Shown here piece after piece: positions 10,185 to 18,669 of a DNA stretch of 64,000 nucleotides. The stretch is from assembly GCA_963665095.1 (NCBI GenBank), contig OY762069.1, positions 4,704,001 through 4,768,000 on the forward strand, in the 5' to 3' direction. Below the pieces are notes generated by a model. It saw only the letters and a program-made list of their open reading frames with translations, was not told where the DNA came from and searched no databases. Both the position numbers and the translations under genes were made by a program. How positions within the stretch are numbered: position 1 is the stretch's first letter; every line of letters begins with the position of its first letter. This DNA comes from an uncultured Desulfobacter sp. (lineage in GTDB: Bacteria > Desulfobacterota > Desulfobacteria > Desulfobacterales > Desulfobacteraceae).

Positions 10185-10240
10185 AAAGGTCCGGGTGTCG
10201 TCTGTTACCTGTTCTAAGCTTCAGACATGCCCGGACCTTT
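10185..10240. terminator. Probable bidirectional terminator
   Basis: aaaggtccggg...cccggaccttt with A/T flanks between convergent genes. Confidence 0.65.
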
Positions 10241-10269
10241 ATTTTAACTTCTCCTGTTAAACGTCCAAT

Positions 10270-11427
10270 TTATATCATGTTAAACCGGTTGAGATAGAAG
10301 CTGAAACGCTTTTTTTCCAGGTCCGGATCCATTCCCAGTTCAGCTGCATCGCAGACGTGACTGCCGAATTTGGAACGGGGATTATCCCGCAGCCAGACAA
10401 GCAACCGCTTTTGGATCGTCGGGCTGAAGGGAAGATCAAAATGTTTGTATATTTTTTTCATAGATCCCACGGGATCTCTGCTCAGATCAGTGTGAAACAG
10501 ATCAACGACCTGGTTTGTTTCTAATTTGTCCCGAATCGTTAAGGCCCGCTTAAGTCCCCTGGCCCATAGAGCAGGATACCAATTCGCTATGGCCGGGATA
10601 TTCACCTGTCCGGTAGTGACTTGAGTCCAAAGGGAAACCATGCTGACGCCCGACACCATCGCTTTAAATGGATCCCGGTGGGTAAATACAATTCTGGCAT
10701 CCGGATAGGTCTTCAAAAGGGGTTCCAGGCCAAACAGGTGAATGGGCGCTTTGAGTACCCAGCGTTCATTGGGCAGTTTCCACTGGAAAATCTGTAGCAG
10801 GCGCTTGTGCCAGGCATAGGCCTGGGTCATGTCACAATCCCCCACCCAATTACCGTGACCGAACAGGCTGGAGCCGGCACTCCAACCGACATGGACAAAT
10901 TCATGGGCCATGAGGTTCTGACATTCCGCTGTGCCCAGAGCCATGAAATTAATACCGTTGATCCCCCGCAGTTCAGGTGCCATTGAGAACAACCCTTCCA
11001 TGGCGTCATGCCCTGCCTGGATACGGGGATCAGGTTCACGGGGCATCAGGGGTGGTGGTGGACAGACAGCACCGGAAGATTCAAAATTTCTCAGAAATCG
11101 GGACGACGGGTCCAGTGCCATGAGGGTCTGGGTAATGGTGGTGCCGGTTCTGGGCAGTCCCACGATAAAAACCGGGGCCTTTATCTCTTCCTTCTGAATT
11201 TCAGGATATTTTTTTATTAACCGGGTGACCTGCAGCCGGTTGACAAGTATCTGAGTGATAATCTGCTGAAAATACCCGGCAGTGCCTTCAGCCAGATCCA
11301 GATCATTGTTAAGGGAATTGATCAGTGCCTCAAGGCCCGGTTTAAACGTGTCGCCCCCGAAATCCTCCAGGCCGGATGTCTTAACAGCATTTTCAATAAA
11401 TGGTTGTGATACCAACTTAATCCCCAT
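10270..11427 (-). CDS. Sulfotransferase family protein
   Basis: PVFIVGLPRTGTT PAPS-binding loop; WVLKAPIH and FTHRDP motifs. Confidence 0.9.
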   Translation of the reverse strand: MGIKLVSQPFIENAVKTSGLEDFGGDTFKPGLEALINSLNNDLDLAEGTAGYFQQIITQILVNRLQVTRLIKKYPEIQKEEIKAPVFIVGLPRTGTTITQTLMALDPSSRFLRNFESSGAVCPPPPLMPREPDPRIQAGHDAMEGLFSMAPELRGINGINFMALGTAECQNLMAHEFVHVGWSAGSSLFGHGNWVGDCDMTQAYAWHKRLLQIFQWKLPNERWVLKAPIHLFGLEPLLKTYPDARIVFTHRDPFKAMVSGVSMVSLWTQVTTGQVNIPAIANWYPALWARGLKRALTIRDKLETNQVVDLFHTDLSRDPVGSMKKIYKHFDLPFSPTIQKRLLVWLRDNPRSKFGSHVCDAAELGMDPDLEKKRFSFYLNRFNMI

Positions 11428-12070
11428 GGGTGTCCTCCTTTTTGATGTTGTTTCTTACCGCCTCAATGCCCCCCAAAGAAAATTCATACACATGAGCGGC
11501 CCATTGTTCATATCTTTCACCCGCCGAATAATCCGGAAACAGCCGGGAAAAAACCGGCCATGCAAAACTGTAGTAGAGCAGTTGTCCGGCAACTGACACC
11601 AGGCAGTCCCGGGCCATGTCATCCGTTGCATTTTCCCCCAGAAGGTCCCGGAACATTTTTAAATGCCGCTTGATTCTGGGCCGGTTGTATATATCCACCA
11701 GGTTTTCGATAAATGGTGAGGGCTGGGTCATCTCGGCAAGAAAAATGGATGTAATATCTGAGGCAAAAGCATTGTTTTTGTAGAGCATGGCGCAGAAATT
11801 TGAAATCATTGACCCGAGTTGCTCCCGGGGTGCTTTTTTGTCCCATTCCTCCTGGTCAAAGCGGTCATATTCAGAGAAGATGGCATCCAGAATTTTGCGG
11901 TACAGTTTTTCTTTGGATCCAAAATAATAATTGACTGCATTAATGTTGGCAGTCCCTGCTAGTTTGCAAATTTCCCTCACCGTGGCGTCGCGATATCCCT
12001 TATCCGCAAATACCTTGATTCCTGCATCGAATAGTTTTTTTTGGGTTTGTTTTGATATTATTTCCGGCAT
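11417..12070 (-). CDS. TetR family regulator (CerR-like C-terminal domain)
   Basis: FADKGYRDATVREIC...VNYYFGSKEKLY HTH. Confidence 0.92.
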   Translation of the reverse strand: MPEIISKQTQKKLFDAGIKVFADKGYRDATVREICKLAGTANINAVNYYFGSKEKLYRKILDAIFSEYDRFDQEEWDKKAPREQLGSMISNFCAMLYKNNAFASDITSIFLAEMTQPSPFIENLVDIYNRPRIKRHLKMFRDLLGENATDDMARDCLVSVAGQLLYYSFAWPVFSRLFPDYSAGERYEQWAAHVYEFSLGGIEAVRNNIKKEDTHGD

Positions 12071-12094
12071 ATGAATGATCCTTTTATATATATT

Positions 12095-12138
12095 TTAATA
12101 CGATGGTATTAATTAATACGGTTGTATTAAGGTGTCAA
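12095..12138 (-). promoter_or_regulatory. Two tandem 18-bp palindromic operators overlapping a TTGACA promoter of the tetR gene
   Basis: TTAATACGATGGTATTAA (12095-12112) and TTAATACGGTTGTATTAA (12113-12130); TTGACA on minus strand at 12133-12138. Confidence 0.75.
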
Positions 12139-12234
12139 GCCGGGAAATCAAATTATAAATATTTAAAAACATATCAGGTTGGTACGGTACGGAAGATAAA
12201 TAAGATTGACTTTAATTTTGTATCAGACTAATTT

Positions 12235-12669
12235 TTGATCATGTATTACGAAACCGACATGATTGTCTCTCTGATTTCCCGTATCAAGGAAGATGTCGAC
12301 AGGTTTATTCTATCTGAACTGGCTGCCCGGAATATTCAAGGCCTCAAACCTGTTCACGGGGATCTTTTACTGGCGCTTTTCACCCATGAAAAACCCACGA
12401 TGAAAGATCTGACAACCCTTGTGGGCCGCACGAAATCCACAGTTACCACCTTGGTGGAAAAGCTGGTCCGCCTTGGGTATGTAACCAGGACAAAGGATAC
12501 TGCAGACTCAAGGGTGTTCAGAGTGTCATTGACCCCTGAGGGGTTGGCTCTAAAGCCACATCTGGTTGAGATCAGCCGTCGTCTGGTTGACCAGGTTTAC
12601 AAAGATTTACCCATGGCAGACAGGATTCAGTTGACCCGGGGCCTGAAAAAAATCGTTGAAAACTGGTAA
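12235..12669 (+). CDS. MarR family regulator (start may be 12241 or 12259)
   Basis: KSTVTTLVEKLVRLGYV...DSRVFRVSLTPEG winged HTH. Confidence 0.9.
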   Translation: MIMYYETDMIVSLISRIKEDVDRFILSELAARNIQGLKPVHGDLLLALFTHEKPTMKDLTTLVGRTKSTVTTLVEKLVRLGYVTRTKDTADSRVFRVSLTPEGLALKPHLVEISRRLVDQVYKDLPMADRIQLTRGLKKIVENW

Positions 12670-12916
12670 AAAAGTTTTTCAAATAACTTGATACTGGACT
12701 TTGTTTGAGATAGACATTTCGCCCAAAAACAGCCTTATGGTCAAACGGTGAGCCTGTCGTGACCGATTCTTCTATCTGGCTTTTACCTGAGCTTGCGATG
12801 ATAACAAAACGGCGATAACGCCACGAATTATTTAGATCCCCTGAACAGGGTTGGTTTTATACTCACCAGTCAAATTTTCGTTTGATGGTCACTATATGTT
12901 ATTAAAATTTATAGAA

Positions 12917-14260
12917 TTAAAAGGCTCTTGAGGTTTCCTTAATCAGTGGCTTGAGCTGCTCACCGATTTTCAGAACGGCTTCAGGCTCCAGTCCGAGATA
13001 TTTTAGGGATGAAAGAGCTGACAGCCTTTGGATAATTTTAGTGCGATCCTCTTTTTCCTCAGCCTGCCCAGCATCTTCTGCCCCTTCCTGTCCGGCCCCT
13101 TCCGTGTAGGCATCGTCTTTTTTAACAAAAAAGGAAAATCCCAGCTCCCCGGCCAGCTCGTCGGCAAGGCAAATGATAAGCATATTCTGGTCCGCATCTT
13201 CTTCAAAGTCTCTCCAGTGGTGAAATTCGGCCATATGGACAATATGTCTGGAAAAATGCATTTTTTTCAGCAAAACCCCGCCAAAGGTGGTGTGAATTTC
13301 ATGAATGGCAAGCTGCAGATTCCTGTCCGTGACCGCCACATCCGGATACATATCCACAAACGCTTTCATGAGAAGCATTTTGCCGATATCATGCACCAGG
13401 CCGATCAAATAAATAGTATCCAGGTTTTCCAGGCCTTTTTCCTCTGCCAGTCGCTTTGCCAGGGTTGCCACGGCAAAGGAGTGAAGCCACAGCCGGTCCA
13501 TCTCGCTCTTTAGCGCTTCATCATCTGAGTTAAACAGGTTTCTGGCTGCCAGTGCAGAACATACGCCTAGTGTGTGTTTCATTCCCAGCCTGACCAGGGC
13601 GGCTGTCAGGCTTTCCACATCATCCAGGGATTTGTATAACGGTGAGTTGGCAATATTTACCAGCTTGGTGGAGATGATAAGATCTTTTTCCACAATTTTT
13701 GCCAGATCATCAATGGAGGGGTCTGTGCCGGCCACCAGCTCCTCCACTTCCTTTACAATGCTGGGAAATACCGGCAGCACAATTTTGTCTGAATAGAACC
13801 GGTTGATGATCTCTGCCACGCCGGCTGTATGTGACATGCCGTTTTCGTCACTCTTTACGGCATCCTTGAGATCAAAACCCAGTTTCCCTAAACCCTGGAG
13901 CAACTGGGCCTGGCTGACCGGTTTCGTCAGATAGCCATTGCATCCGCGTTTGATGCAGGCATTGATAGTGCCTATATTCATCCGGGCGGTCACCATGAGA
14001 ATTTTAACCTGTTCAGCCTTGGGCACATTGTTATCTGCTTCCTTTTTCCGGATATGCTCAAGAAGTTCCTGGCCGTTCATGCCGGGCATGGAGACATCAA
14101 GGGTAACGATATCAAAAGGGGCGTTCTCTTCTTCTGCTGCCGCCATGGCTGCCAACGCCTCTTTCGCGCTGTTGACAGCCACGCAGGTGCCAATGGGTTT
14201 CATTTTTGACACCAGAATTTTTCTGGAGATGTTTTCGTCATCCACGATGAGGATTTTCAT
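12917..14260 (-). CDS. Response regulator with REC and HDOD domains
   Basis: ILIVDD, LDVSMP, YLTKP receiver motifs; LPVFP, ANSPLY, LWLHS, GLVHDIGK HDOD motifs. Confidence 0.92.
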   Translation of the reverse strand: MKILIVDDENISRKILVSKMKPIGTCVAVNSAKEALAAMAAAEEENAPFDIVTLDVSMPGMNGQELLEHIRKKEADNNVPKAEQVKILMVTARMNIGTINACIKRGCNGYLTKPVSQAQLLQGLGKLGFDLKDAVKSDENGMSHTAGVAEIINRFYSDKIVLPVFPSIVKEVEELVAGTDPSIDDLAKIVEKDLIISTKLVNIANSPLYKSLDDVESLTAALVRLGMKHTLGVCSALAARNLFNSDDEALKSEMDRLWLHSFAVATLAKRLAEEKGLENLDTIYLIGLVHDIGKMLLMKAFVDMYPDVAVTDRNLQLAIHEIHTTFGGVLLKKMHFSRHIVHMAEFHHWRDFEEDADQNMLIICLADELAGELGFSFFVKKDDAYTEGAGQEGAEDAGQAEEKEDRTKIIQRLSALSSLKYLGLEPEAVLKIGEQLKPLIKETSRAF

Positions 14261-17200
14261 TGAACCCTCCCTAAACGTTGGTCAATCACAGGAATGTCAT
14301 CCATGACATCCGTACCTTTTTCACTCGGGCCTTCCAGTATCACGGCCTGGGCGGTTTTTCCGTCCACCAGAATTTTTACCGGCCTGTCAAACCGGATATG
14401 TTTCAGATACCGGGTCGTGGTGGTGCAGTTCTGGCATTGGAAATACGCATAATCTATAAAATCAGGACCTCTGTCCTGTACGGTAATATAAGAGATACCC
14501 AGGGAGGTGATGTTCTGGAAAAAATGGGAACCCTGGGACGGGTCTGCCTTGATGCTTTCAATGGTCGTTTCCACCATCACCCCGACATTTGAAATATCGT
14601 TCCATACCACAGGAATACCCAGCCACCGGTCCGCAGACCCCCATCGTCCGGGGCCGATCAGGACATATTTTTTATCGGTATTATTGAACATGGCGTTGAT
14701 TTTATTGATTTCCTTTGCCATTTCAACCGTTTTTTCAGCCTCAAAGGTCTGCGGGTCCACATAAACAATATCGCAGATATCTTTGTATTCACCGTTGCCA
14801 AGGGAGAGGGTGGAGTGGCAGAAGGCCTGTTCTATATCTTCTTTGGTTATTTTTACCCCCAGGTTCTGTTTATACTGTCCCATGGGTCGGATCTGCAGTA
14901 AGGAAAATTCAGGACGGTCGCCGGATCCGGGAAACGGCAGGGTTACAGCAAATTCCACTTCCACGGAGGTGCCCATCCAGCGGGCCCCCATGGCGGTTAC
15001 CTCGCTTAATATCCGGGCCAGGGGAAAGGTTTCGTACTTAAGGATATTGGCAAAGGTAAGGACGGGAAACCCCTTGTCGGAAAACCGGTCCCGGATGCGG
15101 TTGTCCTGCATGTGAAAGGTGGAAGACAAAAACTGCACCGCAGGATGATCCTTGGCATCACAGATGTCAAGTTTTGCCAGACAGGGGTCTTCAGCCCCGC
15201 CGAAAAAGTGTTCAAGGTCAGGAAATTCATCCATTTTAAGCGCGTAAAAATATTTTTGAGAATTTTCCAGAATGTCGTTCACAATGGAAAACTGGGGCAG
15301 AAACTGGGGATATTTCGGGCAGAAACGTAAGGTTTTGCCGCCGTCCATGACAATTTTGCCAAGGCCCAGCGCAATGTAGGAAATGCCTTCTTCCGCTTTC
15401 AGATGGGAGATGGGGTAGAAGTTATAGGACTGGGCCACCCCGGATATGGCAGGGTAGAAGCAGTCTTTATACCGGGAACCAGTCACCTGCTGAAGAACCA
15501 CGGCCATCTCCTCGTCCTCGGTCCGGTGCATGGTGGAACGGGCATAGGATCTCGGGGCTTTAAGATAGGTGGAGGCATACACCAGCTTGACTGCCATGAT
15601 CAGCCGCTCCAGGCGGTTTTCAAAGCTGGGATCTGAATTGGGCAGCATAAAGGTTTTATAAAGCCCTGCAAAGGGCTGATAATGGGCATCTTCAAACAGG
15701 GATGACGACCTGACCGCAATGGGATAATGGACATTTTGAAGATAGGCCTTAAGGTTTATTTTTAACACCCGGGGCAGCTTTGCCGCAAGAAAGTGGGCCA
15801 CCACCTGTTCGTCTTCCAGATCCCCCTCCTGTTCCAGGAGCAGGGCCAGATCATTTTCTTCAATAAAAAGTTTAAAGGCGTCCGTGGCAATGACAAAGGT
15901 CTGGGGGATAGTGATGTCCACATCTGGAAATTTTTTGCTCAGTGAGTGGTCCAGATCCATCTGATGGGACATAAACGCAAGGCCCCTGGCCTTTCCACCC
16001 AGAGACCCGGTTCCGATTTTCATGAAATCAGTATCCAGATCAAATTTTTCCGAATCAAATTCAATGACCAGACCCTGGCTGGATCCTTTGCGCCGGGACC
16101 GGATGCAGTCTGCCAGAAAACGCTTAAGTTCGGAAGGATCAGGGAAATCTTCCACCGTATAGGGTTTCAGGCTTAATGCAAAATCAATTTCACTTCTGGC
16201 CATGAGCCATCTTGAGAAGTCATTGTGCCTGGCATGGTGGATAATGGATTCATCCGGGATGTCCGGAAGCAGTTTTTCCACAGCTCTCAGATTGGAGGCC
16301 CTGGCAATTTCACGGTTATCCGGCATGCGGAATACAAACGCACCAAACCCCAGTGAACTGACGAAAAAAGATTTGATCTGGTCATGAAGGTTGTTTGAAT
16401 TTTTATTGATGAACTGGGCCGGTATGGATGCGGCAATCTCACGGGCATCCTCTTCCGTACTCAGGATCAGGACCGGCAGATCCGGGATTTCCGACTTGAT
16501 CCGGGTTAACAGTTTCTGGCCGGCATGGGAATCCTCCCTGCCGTTTATGGGGTAGCGCATGTCCGTTAATACGCTTAACACATAGGGCCTGTACCGTTCA
16601 AACAGACCCATGGCCTGATCAAAATCATGGGCCACAAGGATTTTCGGCCGACCCCTCATTTTTAAAAGCCGGTGTTCTTCATTGATGGAGTCATCCATCA
16701 CGGACTGGGTCTGTATAACGATCTGCTTATACAGAACAGATAAAAGGGAAGAGTAATGGTAGGGAGAATCCTCCACCACAATGATGACCCGGACCTGGGC
16801 ATTCTGGGTGTCAAAGGCCACATTTTCTTCATCCTCAAAATTTTTTACAATGGCCAGTAAAAGGTCGGCATTCCCGCCCCAGATATAGGTGCGGTCCACA
16901 GCGGTTTCCTGATTTGTGTTGACAAACTGGTTTATATCGCAGGTATTGTGGAGCAACAGATAAAAGGGCAGGTCGCTGTATTTTTCCTTTACCTGTCTGC
17001 CGAATGCATAGACATCCATGCCGTCCAGGCTGGGCATGGCAAGGATCAGGTCAAAGTGTTTTGTTTCAAGCAGGTCAAACGCTTCCAGGGCAGAGGATGC
17101 CCAGGTCAGCTTCGGGGGCTTGGACAGGTTCAGCCCTTTGTATTCATTGATAATGCGATTTGACAGCCTGCCTTCCTCTTCCATAATAAAGGCATCATAC

Positions 17201-17295
17201 GGGCTGGACACCAGGAGGATGTCCGCCACTTTATAGGCCATCAGTTCATGGTAAATTTTTATGGATGGCGCATCAATACTTTCGTCTGTTTTCAT
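14257..17295 (-). CDS. REC-like plus PEP/pyruvate-binding (PPDK_N) domain protein
   Basis: GSLGGKARGL, IAVRSSSLFED, FAGLY, EEMAVVLQ, SQGSHFFQN motifs; receiver-like IIVVEDS and LTDMRYP. Confidence 0.9.
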   Translation of the reverse strand: MKTDESIDAPSIKIYHELMAYKVADILLVSSPYDAFIMEEEGRLSNRIINEYKGLNLSKPPKLTWASSALEAFDLLETKHFDLILAMPSLDGMDVYAFGRQVKEKYSDLPFYLLLHNTCDINQFVNTNQETAVDRTYIWGGNADLLLAIVKNFEDEENVAFDTQNAQVRVIIVVEDSPYHYSSLLSVLYKQIVIQTQSVMDDSINEEHRLLKMRGRPKILVAHDFDQAMGLFERYRPYVLSVLTDMRYPINGREDSHAGQKLLTRIKSEIPDLPVLILSTEEDAREIAASIPAQFINKNSNNLHDQIKSFFVSSLGFGAFVFRMPDNREIARASNLRAVEKLLPDIPDESIIHHARHNDFSRWLMARSEIDFALSLKPYTVEDFPDPSELKRFLADCIRSRRKGSSQGLVIEFDSEKFDLDTDFMKIGTGSLGGKARGLAFMSHQMDLDHSLSKKFPDVDITIPQTFVIATDAFKLFIEENDLALLLEQEGDLEDEQVVAHFLAAKLPRVLKINLKAYLQNVHYPIAVRSSSLFEDAHYQPFAGLYKTFMLPNSDPSFENRLERLIMAVKLVYASTYLKAPRSYARSTMHRTEDEEMAVVLQQVTGSRYKDCFYPAISGVAQSYNFYPISHLKAEEGISYIALGLGKIVMDGGKTLRFCPKYPQFLPQFSIVNDILENSQKYFYALKMDEFPDLEHFFGGAEDPCLAKLDICDAKDHPAVQFLSSTFHMQDNRIRDRFSDKGFPVLTFANILKYETFPLARILSEVTAMGARWMGTSVEVEFAVTLPFPGSGDRPEFSLLQIRPMGQYKQNLGVKITKEDIEQAFCHSTLSLGNGEYKDICDIVYVDPQTFEAEKTVEMAKEINKINAMFNNTDKKYVLIGPGRWGSADRWLGIPVVWNDISNVGVMVETTIESIKADPSQGSHFFQNITSLGISYITVQDRGPDFIDYAYFQCQNCTTTTRYLKHIRFDRPVKILVDGKTAQAVILEGPSEKGTDVMDDIPVIDQRLGRVQ

Positions 17296-17330
17296 GAATT
17301 AACCCGGAAGTAAGGGGTGAAATTATTTTT

Positions 17331-17360
17331 AATATACCCGGAATGCCGAACAGGTGTCAA
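17331..17360 (-). promoter_or_regulatory. Sigma-70-type promoter of the PPDK_N/HDOD operon
   Basis: TTGACA-18 nt-TATATT on minus strand, about 35 nt upstream of ATG. Confidence 0.55.
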
Positions 17361-17434
17361 ATTTCTGATTCATCATCAACGCACCGGGTTTTGCAATGCC
17401 TTCCCAATTAAGGATGAATTCGCTGGCATGAGAC

Positions 17435-18553
17435 CTACCGCCGTTCCGGCTGTACCCATTTGTATACCCCCCTTGATACCCGTTCCAGTTTACCCTTCCT
17501 TAGAAGACCGGACAGGATATTTCTGACCTTTTGCGGATCCATATCGGATTTTTCAATAACTTCGGCTGCGGTTGTGTGGCGTTTTGTCCGTCGTCTGAAA
17601 AGGGTTTCAATGCCCGCAGCATTTTTGATTGCTGGTAAAACGACGTTAGCCGCGGCCGGTTTGGCGGAAGAAGTTTTCCTGGCGGCACCGGCGGTCCGGG
17701 GTTGTTTTTGGGCGGATCTTGTGGCCTTTGGCCGGCCTCTTTTTGGTTTTCCGGGTTTGGGAGTTGCTTTTTTCAAAGCGTCCGGTCGGCTCTGTGGTGG
17801 CGTTGTCAAACCGTCCATATCAAGATCATTATCAAGATCAATGCCGAACATATCCGACAGATTCCGGGTTTCATCAATGACCCTTGAAGACTTTTTCCGG
17901 GAGCGGCTCAGAAGATCCGTTTTCGTCTCTTTGACGGTTTCGGATATCAGGTCGTTGATTTTCACTTTTCTTAATACAAAAAAGAGGCCGGGGTCCTGGT
18001 CCAGGCGGACACCGATTCCGTAGAGTACAGCCGCCACATGTTTGCACATGACAGCCCTGTCCGGACAGGAGCAGTCCAGGGTAATGTCTTCCGGAGATGG
18101 AAAAAGGCCTTTCTCTTTCCGGGTGAACAGCTCTTCCAGTGCTTTGGGAAATTTGCCGGCCATCAATTGCCTGATGCTCTCCATTTTGCCCTTGCACTGG
18201 TCTTTTATGTACTGCCATTGGTTTTGGGGGATCGGCTTGATGCTGACAGTGATCCGGTAGGGGGTGGCCGCGCTTCCCATAACCAGACCCAGGACCTTGC
18301 CCGGAAGGATCTGAAGGTCCAGAACCGCACCGTGCCGGACATAGCTGCGACCCCGTCCGATCCGATTGACATAATCCGCGTACCGCTCAAGGTTTTTGTT
18401 CCAGGCTTTGCCCCACCATGTTTTTGCAAGGGTTCTGCCCTCAATGACCACGGGCTGAACGCCGGCATTTTTCTTTTTTAAGGCGGCCAGTTTTTTCTCG
18501 GCCTGTGCCCGCCTCTGTGCCACAGTCACGTATTTGGGATAGGGGTAATACAT
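17435..18553 (-). CDS. SWIM zinc-finger protein with basic linker, AT-hook-like motif and C-terminal winged HTH
   Basis: RIGRGRSY, CSCPDRAVMCKH SWIM motif, KRGRPK; start moved to 18553 (RBS AAGGA). Confidence 0.88.
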   Translation of the reverse strand: MYYPYPKYVTVAQRRAQAEKKLAALKKKNAGVQPVVIEGRTLAKTWWGKAWNKNLERYADYVNRIGRGRSYVRHGAVLDLQILPGKVLGLVMGSAATPYRITVSIKPIPQNQWQYIKDQCKGKMESIRQLMAGKFPKALEELFTRKEKGLFPSPEDITLDCSCPDRAVMCKHVAAVLYGIGVRLDQDPGLFFVLRKVKINDLISETVKETKTDLLSRSRKKSSRVIDETRNLSDMFGIDLDNDLDMDGLTTPPQSRPDALKKATPKPGKPKRGRPKATRSAQKQPRTAGAARKTSSAKPAAANVVLPAIKNAAGIETLFRRRTKRHTTAAEVIEKSDMDPQKVRNILSGLLRKGKLERVSRGVYKWVQPERR

Positions 18554-18669
18554 TATTGGATTCCTTTTACCGTTAAAACGATATCTATTGCCCTTAATTT
18601 GAACGCAACGTTGTTCAGATATAAAATTTTTCTGCAACACAGCCGACGGGCGGCTTTACGTCCGAAGGC

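Noticed and set aside
12711..12897. Possible MITE debris downstream of marR
   Set aside because: The ends are not complementary and there is no second copy in the window
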